Below, piece after piece: positions 10,956 to 20,103 of a stretch of DNA of 64,000 nucleotides. Position 1 is the first letter of the stretch. Every line of letters starts with the position of its first letter. The position numbers and the translations under genes are program-made. This stretch comes from a virus, in the IMG/VR virus record IMGVR_UViG_3300047409_000726, positions 1 to 64,000 of that record, one strand, 5' to 3'. The notes under the pieces were generated by a model. That model did no database searches, had not been told where the DNA came from, and saw only the letters and a program-made list of their open reading frames with translations.

Positions 10956-11089
10956 GAATCACTTCGCCGGTTTCTTCTTGCCCAATATCGTCGTGCGCTT
11001 CGGCTTGCGAGGCGGCGACGCGGGTTGTTTGCGAATTCGATCAAACCAGAATCGACCAGACTTTACTTTTGACTTTGCCATTTTTCAGA

Positions 11090-11452
11090 TCACTCCTTGT
11101 CGTCGAACGTGCAACTCCACCCATCTTCACTCATCGTCATCTTTCGTTTCGATAGCGGCAACGCTTCCCATTTGCCATCCTTGAGCAAGTACCGATGGTC
11201 ATGTCCTTCGGTACACACGCCCTCCAAGTAGATGCCGCTGGAGATGACTCCGTCGGGTCCGGTGAGAGATTGAAGCGATACCGACGGAGCCACGGGTGCG
11301 GTGAACTCCCTGTGCGTGCCAGGACTGCCGTCGTGCGGCAACGTCCACTCGTTCCATTTTCCTTCCGTTGCCCACGCCGCGCCGCACGGGGCTAGCTCCG
11401 GCGCAGGAGGGCCGAGTTTACTGAGGTCGAAGTCGTCGTTCACGGTTCCCAT
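11090..11452 (-). CDS. Hypothetical protein
   Basis: ORF with RBS in a tightly packed leftward run. Confidence 0.5.
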   Translation of the reverse strand: MGTVNDDFDLSKLGPPAPELAPCGAAWATEGKWNEWTLPHDGSPGTHREFTAPVAPSVSLQSLTGPDGVISSGIYLEGVCTEGHDHRYLLKDGKWEALPLSKRKMTMSEDGWSCTFDDKE

Positions 11453-11926
11453 TCTTGCACCTCTGTCAGCGCCATTTGAAACTCGAAAAACCAGTAGTGC
11501 GCGCCTGCAAAATGAAGTTCGTTGAGAACCTGCAAAGCCTTGAACAAGTAATACGTCACGTCACACAACGTGAGCGGATAGCCGCACCCATCGCAAAAGT
11601 GCTTGTCGGTATAGAGAGAATTAGGCATCGCGCTGGGCCTTTCTCCTCATTTTCTCGCCCCGTCTCACCATTCTCCGCAGGCGCGACGGAAGTGTCCACA
11701 GGTACCACTTGCAGCGCAATAGATCGATCCACGCGACGACGTCGAGCCAGAGCCAGCGCAAGCGTTTACTCACCATTGCGCGGAGCCTTTCGTTCGAGCA
11801 TGCACATCGCGCACCCGTCTCGACCGTGCACGACGTTGTGTTTAGTGCAGGTCTGATGGTACGGCGTGTCTGTGCTCGGGGGCGGAGGGTAAACGAGGAC
11901 GATGTGGTGGTCGTCGATGGCGGTCT

Positions 11927-12607
11927 TCATCCAATTCGACCTTCGAGAATCGACTGTTCGAGCGGCGTCATATCCCACTGTGCGACGACGGCGAAGAGCC
12001 CACTACCGAGCGCCCTCAAAAGAAACGGGTCAGGTGCCGGTGGGGTCTTCCTCCAAAGAGGCTCCCACATGACGAAGTAGTTCTCGAGATTTGCAGGACG
12101 GAACCTAGGCGGGATGAACGGCACAACGGCTGCGTACTGCTCAATCTGCCAAATGTTCTGCGCTCGACGCCATTCCCAGGTGACCTTCTCACCGAACAAC
12201 GACTGCGAAAACATCGTGTGCTTGGACTCAATGTCGTGCAGGTATCCGCGACGAGAACCGGTAAATTTGCACGCCGAGTTACCGTCCATCGTCGCTCGAT
12301 GGAATCGTACAACTTGAGCGTCGGCACGAACGATCGCGATCTTCGGCATGTGCGTGCCTTCGAAAAGCCCCGCGTCCCGAAGCACTGTGTTCATGTTGAA
12401 GACGCGACACCCGGCAGCGATGGCTGCGTACGCCTTCTTGAGCGCCTCGTCTTCGCGCTCGATCGCCGTCTTGGCAAGACGAGCGCGAGCGAGATTACCT
12501 TCTGCTTTGTCGAGACGTGCTTGCCTCAACTTTCGGACCGACGCTGCGTACTCGCGCTGCGCGCGCCTCGCCTCGCTGTAGCTAGCTTTCAACGGTTCGA
12601 CGTTCAT
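11927..12607 (-). CDS. Conserved phage hypothetical protein
   Basis: C-terminal WEPLW..PDPFLLR.LG..LF.VVAQWDMTPLE pattern that I recall from phage proteins. Confidence 0.6.
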   Translation of the reverse strand: MNVEPLKASYSEARRAQREYAASVRKLRQARLDKAEGNLARARLAKTAIEREDEALKKAYAAIAAGCRVFNMNTVLRDAGLFEGTHMPKIAIVRADAQVVRFHRATMDGNSACKFTGSRRGYLHDIESKHTMFSQSLFGEKVTWEWRRAQNIWQIEQYAAVVPFIPPRFRPANLENYFVMWEPLWRKTPPAPDPFLLRALGSGLFAVVAQWDMTPLEQSILEGRIG

Positions 12608-12897
12608 GTGTTTTCTCCTTCTACTTCGATGATCTTCGGCTCACTCTTGTCGGCGCCTAGTAGTGCGGATCTGAGAATTGCTTCGATGTCCTTCGGGTTC
12701 GTGTTGCTCCCGACGCCCACCCACTCACCTGTAACGTCCGTCACGGCGACGACGATGCGAGCGCCGCGCGGAAGTTTCTTCGCTGCGGCGTCGGCGATCG
12801 CCTGCGCTCGGCGCATAGCCTCGTCGCGCGGAAGATCGACGGGCACCACGAGCGCCTTTCGCTCTGCTTTCTTCTGACGCCGTCGCCGTGCGTTCAT
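12604..12897 (-). CDS. Hypothetical protein
   Basis: ATGA overlaps on both sides. Confidence 0.5.
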   Translation of the reverse strand: MNARRRRQKKAERKALVVPVDLPRDEAMRRAQAIADAAAKKLPRGARIVVAVTDVTGEWVGVGSNTNPKDIEAILRSALLGADKSEPKIIEVEGENT

Positions 12898-13151
12898 CGA
12901 CGAGTCGTCCCTTCCGCCAAGACGACCTCGACGTACCGCCCCGGGATCAACTTCTCGCCCTCGTCCGTTTCCCCTTCGCCGGCCTTCCACGAGACGTGCA
13001 CGGCGTGGTCGTCGAAGGTGACGTCGCACACCGGGAGCTCTTTCTTCAACGCACGCCAGAGCTGCTTCGGCTTCGGGTGGTTGATGGTGACCTTCGGATG
13101 CGTCGCGAGCGCGATGCGGATCTGGGTCGTGAGAGCGTGGAGCGAGATCAT
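12894..13151 (-). CDS. Hypothetical protein
   Basis: Translationally coupled to the recombinase gene. Confidence 0.5.
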   Translation of the reverse strand: MISLHALTTQIRIALATHPKVTINHPKPKQLWRALKKELPVCDVTFDDHAVHVSWKAGEGETDEGEKLIPGRYVEVVLAEGTTRR

Positions 13152-14248
13152 TTTTTCTCTTCCTCCGGCGGCTCGCGGCGCGCGAGCGCTTCGTCGACGA
13201 GTCCTCGTGCGGCCGACTCTTCGATGAGCCCCGCACGGCGCACGTAGCCGAGCACTTCATTCGTCGCGCGGTGCCCAGTCGACTCCATGATGTCGGGGAC
13301 CTTGCGCCCGAGTTTGTACGCCGTCGTGACGAAGCCGCTTCGAAGTGAGTGCCCCCCGAAATCAGAGGGGTCTAACCCCAGCTTTTTCACGTAGTGTTGG
13401 ATCCGACGCGCGACCCCTTCGGGCGCGAGCGCCGCTTCCATGAGCGTCCCCGTCTGCATGTTGACGCCTCGGAACACCGGCCCCTTCTCTATCTTCGAGA
13501 GGGCCAACCAGCGCCTCAAGGAACGCACGGCGCAGTAGCGCTCGTCGCTGGCAGGGGTGAGGGCTACGACGAGCCCCTTGCCCGTCTGGTCGGCCTTGCT
13601 GCGTGGGATCCGCCAACTGATCCCTCCCTCGATCGATTCGAAGTGCTCGACACGTGCAGCAGCGATCTCGCTGCGTCGCCGACCGCCGCCGGCCCAGCCC
13701 ACGAGAATCATCGCGCGATCGCGAACTCCTCGGAGGTCGTCGGTTATCTGGTCGCACACACGGAAGAGCAACGCTTCGCCGTGCGCACCGAGATCTCGTT
13801 TCTGCTTTTTCGGTGCTGTCCCCTTGAGCCGTGCCAACGTGTCGAGCGTTTCACTGATAACCGGGTCTCTCCAAGGGCTTGTGTGTCCAGCTCTCTGATG
13901 ACCTCGACAAATGGCGGCTAGCGCGCGTCGGAGTGAGCTGTAGCTGAGGGGCCCCTTCGGTTTGCCGTTAGGAGTGTCCTCTGGCGCACGCCCCGTCTCG
14001 GCCAGCTCTTGAAGGTAGGCTCGGATAACCCTCGGCTCGGCCGGCAGCGGACGGACGCCGTGGCGAGCGCACCAAGAGGCGAAGCAGGCCAAGTCCAGCT
14101 CGTAGGCCCGCCTGGTGTTCGCAGGGACCGCGGCGTCGGCCGCCTCATCCGCTCGCTTGTCGAGCGCAACGAGCTCTTCCTGCGCGTCGCTGAGAGCGTC
14201 CGCGCCAGTCGGAACAATCCGGTTATCGGGATCGTGCACGAGAACCAT
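13148..14248 (-). CDS. Cre-like tyrosine recombinase
   Basis: RDRAMIL..RRRSEI, RSKADQ, GHSLRSG, TGH and GYVR catalytic residues; N-terminal SAM-like NTRRAY. Confidence 0.92.
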   Translation of the reverse strand: MVLVHDPDNRIVPTGADALSDAQEELVALDKRADEAADAAVPANTRRAYELDLACFASWCARHGVRPLPAEPRVIRAYLQELAETGRAPEDTPNGKPKGPLSYSSLRRALAAICRGHQRAGHTSPWRDPVISETLDTLARLKGTAPKKQKRDLGAHGEALLFRVCDQITDDLRGVRDRAMILVGWAGGGRRRSEIAAARVEHFESIEGGISWRIPRSKADQTGKGLVVALTPASDERYCAVRSLRRWLALSKIEKGPVFRGVNMQTGTLMEAALAPEGVARRIQHYVKKLGLDPSDFGGHSLRSGFVTTAYKLGRKVPDIMESTGHRATNEVLGYVRRAGLIEESAARGLVDEALARREPPEEEKK

Positions 14249-14465
14249 ACGTTATCACGCACCTGTTTTGGCTGTCCACAAGCCTCGCACACAGCGTCCA
14301 CAGTGCGTTTTCCGCGCGTACCCCCTGCGCGTTGCGATCGGCCTGCTACGGGCTTCTAGCGGCGCTTCCACGCGGCTTCGAGCGCGGACCGTGCCAGAGG
14401 CCGTTCTGACGACGTCCCCGCACGAGGGTCGCCGGCAGGCCCCGGAGAGGGTGTATTCTCCACTC

Positions 14466-15959
14466 ATGTCCGACCAAATCGTTCTCGCGTGGACCGTCAG
14501 CGTTGCAGGGACCCCCTTCGGACCCCTCCAAGCCCGAGCCCTCCTTCAAGCCGTCGCACTCTACCAAGACGACACGACCGATCCGGTGCTCGGGCAAATC
14601 TTCGGTCTCACCGTCGCCGACGATCAGACGACGAACGACGCGACGAGCGCGACGCGTACGCTCACGCTCAACATGAACGAACAGAACTCACCGACGGCGC
14701 CGCCGCCGTTCCCTTGTCGGCCGCGGACCTCGACGCTGCCCGTGCTCCCGTATCCGCTTCGCACGACGAAGACGCTCCCCGGTTCGTTCTTCGTTTCGAA
14801 TGGATCGAGCTCGGTCAAGACGTCGGCAACGCAACTGGCGTCACTCGTACCAGGCGACAGCATTCAGTTTCTGATTCAGGAAGGCGTCTTCTACACCGTG
14901 CTCGCGATCGTCGACGCAACCGAGATCACGCTCACAGGGCCGTACGCCGGCACGAGCGGGAACTCGGAAGCGTTCAAGGAAGTTACCGCGCCGTGCTCGC
15001 TCGATCACGCCGCGGTCTATTCGAGCGCCGACGACGACACGAACGGCGTGGCAACGACGCCAGCAATCGACCCCGGACCTGGCGCGCGTACGGTCGAGCT
15101 CACGTACTTGGACTCGAGCGGCGCGGGACCGTTCACCGCGCAAGCCGATCTCACGGGCCGTCGCCCGGCGCTCTTCGACTTCGGCGAGGCGCACGGAACG
15201 GACATCGCCGTGATCGTTAACCTCGCCATCGTGAGCGTCGGCGGATTCGCGAACAGCCTCGGTGAGATCACGCTGTGCGAGCTCTCGGGCGACTTGCCCG
15301 CCATCCCCGTGAACGCGACGCCAGGTACCGGCATCGGCGCAGGCCAAGGCGACCGTACGTTCTTCGTGCTCACCGACGAAGCACAGCTTCTCATCGAGCG
15401 GCACCTCGCGTACCTGCCGCCGAGCTACTTCGCGCTCGCACAGCAGGGCGCCGCGACACCGGCGCTCGAGGGCGACTTTCTCGTCACGACCGGATCGAAG
15501 GACGTACCGACGACCGAGGATCAAACGGGCGTCGTGAGCGGCGGTGACCTCATCGAGTTCGCCGATCAGATGGGCACGCTCTACACGGTCGATCAGGTGA
15601 CCCCCAAGATCATCCGGCTCACGACGGCGTACTCGGGGATCGACACGAACAACACCGGGCTCATGAACACCCCGAACAACAACAGCGTGCACACCAAGGG
15701 TAACCTCGGCGACGAGGTCATCAATAAACGGACCGGCGCTCGAGACGTTTCGCTTTCGGGAGCACCGCCGACCAACACCGAGCTCGCCGGGCCACTCGCT
15801 CAGTTCGTGGCGCTAGAGACCGCGTCACCGCCCCCGAACCCGCCCGGGGCACCCGCGACGGTGCCCGTACCGACGTTTCTCTCGGGGCTCTTCACGCGAA
15901 CGCTCCAGCTCGCCATGAAAGGCGTGCCCGTGACGCCGGCAACGATCTCTTTTGTTTGA
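14466..15959 (+). CDS. Putative virion structural protein (Thr/Gly-rich, beta-rich)
   Basis: About 497 aa from ATG 14466; two internal repeats of the form G.F.V..GS..V.T...Q......GD.I.F....G..YTV. Confidence 0.55.
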   Translation: MSDQIVLAWTVSVAGTPFGPLQARALLQAVALYQDDTTDPVLGQIFGLTVADDQTTNDATSATRTLTLNMNEQNSPTAPPPFPCRPRTSTLPVLPYPLRTTKTLPGSFFVSNGSSSVKTSATQLASLVPGDSIQFLIQEGVFYTVLAIVDATEITLTGPYAGTSGNSEAFKEVTAPCSLDHAAVYSSADDDTNGVATTPAIDPGPGARTVELTYLDSSGAGPFTAQADLTGRRPALFDFGEAHGTDIAVIVNLAIVSVGGFANSLGEITLCELSGDLPAIPVNATPGTGIGAGQGDRTFFVLTDEAQLLIERHLAYLPPSYFALAQQGAATPALEGDFLVTTGSKDVPTTEDQTGVVSGGDLIEFADQMGTLYTVDQVTPKIIRLTTAYSGIDTNNTGLMNTPNNNSVHTKGNLGDEVINKRTGARDVSLSGAPPTNTELAGPLAQFVALETASPPPNPPGAPATVPVPTFLSGLFTRTLQLAMKGVPVTPATISFV

Positions 15960-16395
15960 GCTCCACCCCGACACGGAAGCGATCGGGTGCGCCGATCTCG
16001 TCGCGCGACTTCAACTCGAGCGCGCCCGAGACCCAGTAGGGCAGACCGCGAACCACTCCGTCGGCGGCTGGCAGACTCGCGCGTTTCGACTCGGCGCGGA
16101 CTGGCTCGGAGAGGCCATGTGGCGGCGCCTCGAGCGTTCTGGCGTCAGAAGCTCTCTCGGTACTTGCTGGGGCACCATCTTGCCCCCGGGCGCGGAGTAC
16201 ACGAAGCACCGACACGGCATCGGGCGAAATCTGATAGCGGTGTGGTGCCTCACGAGCAACAGCGGCGCGCTCCACGTAGAACCGGACGTCATCGTTCCGG
16301 ATCGCGCCGGGCAGTTAGTCGTTTTTCCGCAGAGCCTCTGGCACTGGGTTCCTAGCGTCGACGTCGAGCGTGTGACGATCGCTGCGAACCTCTAA
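15952..16395 (+). CDS. 2OG-Fe(II) oxygenase-like protein
   Basis: HxH motif (KHRH), GQLVVFP..LWHWV, RVTIAAN. Confidence 0.75.
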   Translation: MFELHPDTEAIGCADLVARLQLERARDPVGQTANHSVGGWQTRAFRLGADWLGEAMWRRLERSGVRSSLGTCWGTILPPGAEYTKHRHGIGRNLIAVWCLTSNSGALHVEPDVIVPDRAGQLVVFPQSLWHWVPSVDVERVTIAANL

Positions 16396-16404
16396 CCCCT
16401 CTCA

Positions 16405-17301
16405 TCAGATCGCCTCTTGTACTTCGGGGCCCATACTCTTGAAGTGAAGCGCCCACGTGCGCGGGAACGCCTTCGAAATAGCGTCACCGACGCACCAGGC
16501 ATACTGTCGGATCTCGAACTGCGCGTGCGGATCCATGCGAAGCGTGAGAAACGCGAGCCAGTTACGAAGGTTTCCGGTCGCGCGCATTCGCGAGTAGCGA
16601 GCAACGGGCGTGTCGATGCGCGCTATCTCCTTCGCGACGCCGTAGGAAAGCATCTGTTCGTAGGTCGCGTAGACACGCTGTTGTTCCTCGCGAATCATCT
16701 CTTGGATACTCTCAGCGGCAACGCGCTCATAATCGTTCGCTCGTAGTCCGGGGATTTCGAGCGCGCCCTTGCCACTCGCTTGCCGGTTCCCGCTCTTCTT
16801 CGCCGAGTCTACGATGCGCCGAACGCTCGGCACGTAGTGCAGGTTCGGCATCTGCACATACCGAGCGCTCATCTCGCTGTACGACTGCGTCCGGTGCCGG
16901 TGCCACTCGCGGTACACCATGATCGGCGCTTGGCACTCGATCGTGAGCCCGGCGAACTCGAACGGGGTCGAGTGCTTGTGCTCGTAGAGGTACGCGAGGA
17001 GCTTCGCGTCGCCGGGGATCGATCCTTTGCCGCCACAGTCGTGACAACTGTGGCGCTCGTCACTCACTGAATCTTTGAGCTCCCCTTCTCCTGTTCCGTT
17101 GCAACTCGGGCACGGGCCCGGCTCCCAACCTAGGAATCCCTTGTCCGTCGACATGCGCGCCGTCTCGATGATCTCCTCGTCGGAGCCCCAAGTGCGCTTC
17201 ACCTTGAGATAGCCACGGTCGAGCACGTCGTAGCTGAGGTTGTCGCGCAATCGCCACTCTCGTTCACCTTCGTATGGAGCGTTTTCTACGTGAAGTTTCA
17301 T
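16405..17301 (-). CDS. thyX: Flavin-dependent thymidylate synthase with DnaJ-type Zn-finger insertion
   Basis: HSTPFE, RHRTQSYSEMSARY, NLRNW..FL.LR, AQFEIR. Confidence 0.93.
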   Translation of the reverse strand: MKLHVENAPYEGEREWRLRDNLSYDVLDRGYLKVKRTWGSDEEIIETARMSTDKGFLGWEPGPCPSCNGTGEGELKDSVSDERHSCHDCGGKGSIPGDAKLLAYLYEHKHSTPFEFAGLTIECQAPIMVYREWHRHRTQSYSEMSARYVQMPNLHYVPSVRRIVDSAKKSGNRQASGKGALEIPGLRANDYERVAAESIQEMIREEQQRVYATYEQMLSYGVAKEIARIDTPVARYSRMRATGNLRNWLAFLTLRMDPHAQFEIRQYAWCVGDAISKAFPRTWALHFKSMGPEVQEAI

Positions 17302-17411
17302 ATTCTTCTCCTATCGCTCGGCGTCCAGCCGAGAAAGTACAGACTACGTTGAGCTCCGGCGAAGTCGCCGCTGATCTTTGACCATCTCGTTCCGTCGCGT
17401 GATCGTGATTC

Positions 17412-18143
17412 TCATCTGAACAACCACTGTTCGATCTCATACGTAACGGCCAACTCCAGACCGGTGAGCGTGCCACCGTTCACGATCACACCATCGAACT
17501 CAGAATCCGGAATCGAAGTTTGCTCGGTCTCGCTTCGGTGCTGTCCGGCGCTTCCAGAGAGCCCGGCGTTCGGTCGCGTGATGCGAATGAGCTTGCCGCC
17601 GGCAGTTTTGATCGCGTCGACCTCGTTCTCGAAACGAACATCCGGGATCACGACGCTCGCTTTCCAGTTCTCATCTCCAGGGCGCCAGTCGTGCGACAAC
17701 CCGCTCACGTTCGTGTAACTGTAGCCACCTTCGACGTCGAGCTTCTTCGCGACACCGATCGCGTAGTCGACCCACGTGCTCGAGTAGCAGACTCGGCCCC
17801 ACTCACTTCCGAGCTGTTGGAGTGCAAACCTCGGCGTGAGGTAGCAAGGATTCTGCTTCCCGCGTGCTATCGCTTCTGGGAGTGTGTACCCGCTCGTTTT
17901 CAATCCGCAACAAGCGCAACTGCCGTCACGATACGGCCCATGCTCTCGCGGGAGCCGCTCATCGGGCGCGTTCCGCGCCGAGCTTCGACCCCACATCTGG
18001 TCGAACGAGAAGCCGTAGACGTCACGGCAGATGCGCTTCATCGGATCAGCGAAGCTCACCTTCACGAAACCGTGCTTTCGAACGAGGAAGTCCGCGCACG
18101 TGTCCTTGCCGCTGTTCGACAATCCGGAAATACCTATGATCAT
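17412..18143 (-). CDS. Deoxynucleoside monophosphate kinase
   Basis: IIGISG..SGKDT, SFADPMK, PR.ALQ.LG.E.GR, IPDVRFENE. Confidence 0.9.
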   Translation of the reverse strand: MIIGISGLSNSGKDTCADFLVRKHGFVKVSFADPMKRICRDVYGFSFDQMWGRSSARNAPDERLPREHGPYRDGSCACCGLKTSGYTLPEAIARGKQNPCYLTPRFALQQLGSEWGRVCYSSTWVDYAIGVAKKLDVEGGYSYTNVSGLSHDWRPGDENWKASVVIPDVRFENEVDAIKTAGGKLIRITRPNAGLSGSAGQHRSETEQTSIPDSEFDGVIVNGGTLTGLELAVTYEIEQWLFR

Positions 18144-18247
18144 GTGTTTGCCCTATCCTTCGGCCAACGACCTAACGCCGGAATTCTCGCTCCAGTTATC
18201 CCAACGGAGTTGCACCGCTTCGACGACCACAGGTTTCTTTCGGAACT

Positions 18248-18610
18248 TCATCGCGGCCTCCCCGAGTTCGCGAACTTCTCTTGCGCCTCGATGGCGAGAT
18301 CGAGACACTCGAGCACGTCGAGGCCGAGATCGTCGATCCAGCGGATGGTCGAGAAGACGATGTTGCCGAGCTCTTTCTTGAGCTCGCGCTGGTACTCGTC
18401 TAGGGTCGGAGCACTACTTCGCGCGAGCCGCGCCAAGTCGCCGACACCGATCATGAGGCGTATGACGACGCCGGCCAGTTGGAGCTTGTGCAATTCGCCG
18501 TTGCCCCAAATCTGCCGCGCCTGCACTTTGAGCGCCAAGAGCCCAGCGCGTACGTCCGCACGCACCTGCGGATGTTTTCGAATGTCGATTTCCATTCCGT
18601 CGTAGTTCAT
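18248..18610 (-). CDS. MazG-like NTP pyrophosphohydrolase
   Basis: VGDLA..ELKKELGN helical MazG pattern. Confidence 0.6.
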   Translation of the reverse strand: MNYDGMEIDIRKHPQVRADVRAGLLALKVQARQIWGNGELHKLQLAGVVIRLMIGVGDLARLARSSAPTLDEYQRELKKELGNIVFSTIRWIDDLGLDVLECLDLAIEAQEKFANSGRPR

Positions 18611-19230
18611 CTCGATGCTCTCCTTCGTGCTTTCTGCTCGGCTTTGAGTTGCACTCGCATACGCTCGTCCGTCCTTTTCAAGCTGGCGATCGTTTCGACG
18701 TGTTTCTCGATGATCTCGCGCTGCGCGCGGTTCGTCGCCTCGAGCGAGCGATACGCCTTGAGCACGACGAGCACGAGCGTGGGTTCTACGACGCCTTCAC
18801 GCTTCTCGATTTCGGCGAGCATCGCGTCGACCGGGCGGATGACGGGCTCGGGGCGCTTTCGCTCATGCCACACGCCGAGCTCCGGGTGCATCTTGCCGCC
18901 GGTCAGTGTGCGCCAAACCCAATCGAACGCGATGGCGCTCGGCGCGTCCTTGGCGATGCGGCTCTTCTTGCCGTGCGAGTAGCGCAAGCCGTCGTCGCCG
19001 TCGTTGTCCGAACCCGTCAACACCGCCACAAAGTGCGAAGGGCCTAAGCTGACATCGCCAGGGTGGCACTGACGAACCTGGACGCGGTAGGTGAACCTCG
19101 TCCCCGTCCGACGGCTCTGGAACGTCACGTGGGCGCTTCCAGCGAGCAGGAACCGGACGGTCACGGCGGGGTCGACGAGCTCGGCGCGAGGACCTGGTTG
19201 ATCGTCGAGAATCGTCATTTGCTGGAGCAT
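18607..19230 (-). CDS. Hypothetical phage protein
   Basis: N-terminal FLLAG.A.VT..S..TG.RFTYRV domain plus coiled-coil C-terminus. Confidence 0.5.
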   Translation of the reverse strand: MLQQMTILDDQPGPRAELVDPAVTVRFLLAGSAHVTFQSRRTGTRFTYRVQVRQCHPGDVSLGPSHFVAVLTGSDNDGDDGLRYSHGKKSRIAKDAPSAIAFDWVWRTLTGGKMHPELGVWHERKRPEPVIRPVDAMLAEIEKREGVVEPTLVLVVLKAYRSLEATNRAQREIIEKHVETIASLKRTDERMRVQLKAEQKARRRASR

Positions 19231-19299
19231 ATTTCTGAGACGGGCGGCACCGCCTTCTATTCACCTACCGTACACTTTTTTTGGAGAGGTTCGGGGGTC

Positions 19300-19540
19300 A
19301 ATCACCCCGTTCTGGTTTTTCGCCATTTTTCGTGACGAAAATACCTGGAATCATTTTCGGCATTTATTTCGTTAAATCTTGACTGGAATGATTGTGGTGA
19401 TGATTTAATTTAAGTGACTGTGTGACTCTAGGTGACTCAGTTTTGGTTATCGTTCCGAAAAAATAAAAACGGACCCCTGATTTGGAAAAATCCCGAAGCG
19501 CCTCTTGGGGAGAGTCACCTAGAGTCACTGAGTCACCTGC
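19300..19540. other. Putative replication origin
   Basis: AT-rich; 3x GTGACT (19414-19437) facing 3x AGTCAC (19513-19536), including a perfect 17-bp inverted repeat at 19422-19438/19512-19528; lies downstream of the primase-helicase. Confidence 0.6.
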
Positions 19541-20103
19541 GGGCTTTTCCACTGCATGTGGTTGCTGGCGTTGGCCCAGCGCCGATCAAAGTAGTCTTTG
19601 ACGAAGCCGAGGTGACCGCCTTTGCCGTTGCTAACGCACCCGGTGACGGAACATCGACAACCTTTTCCGTGTGTGCTGTCGTGGAAGAACGATGCCTTTT
19701 TACACTCGATGCAGTTGAAAAATTGGACGGAGCTCCATTCGTTCGTTGTTGGTGAGTAACCAAAACCGAAGATGTGGTCGTCAGGGAAGAAAAAAGTTTC
19801 GGAATCGTCGTCGAACTGATCGCTGTAGTGGAGGGTTGCTCCGGCGATCACGATCTCTCCTTCCCAACCGGAGTGAAGGATTTTGTTTTTGTGTGGTTTC
19901 AGTTCTTCGAACGTTGTCGACGATTTGATCTCAACTAACACCGGAGTTTTTAGCTTCAGGATGAAGTCTGGGATGTAGCCGTTCAGATCGATCGGCTCGT
20001 AGTCCCATGCCCACGTTAGGGCGTCGAACATCGCCGCCCATCGTGCTTCGATGCGACTCCTGAATTGAACGCCTTCGTATTTTGTAGGAATGCCTTTGTT
20101 CAT
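19525..20103 (-). CDS. PD-(D/E)XK endonuclease
   Basis: PTKYEGVQFRSRIEARWA..YEP..YIPDF..VEIK. Confidence 0.8.
   Translation of the reverse strand: MNKGIPTKYEGVQFRSRIEARWAAMFDALTWAWDYEPIDLNGYIPDFILKLKTPVLVEIKSSTTFEELKPHKNKILHSGWEGEIVIAGATLHYSDQFDDDSETFFFPDDHIFGFGYSPTTNEWSSVQFFNCIECKKASFFHDSTHGKGCRCSVTGCVSNGKGGHLGFVKDYFDRRWANASNHMQWKSPQVTQ

Noticed and set aside
18607-19230. Possible truncation or fusion after VWHE in this ORF
   Set aside because: Based only on my recollection of homologues ending in a Zn ribbon; cannot be supported without an alignment.
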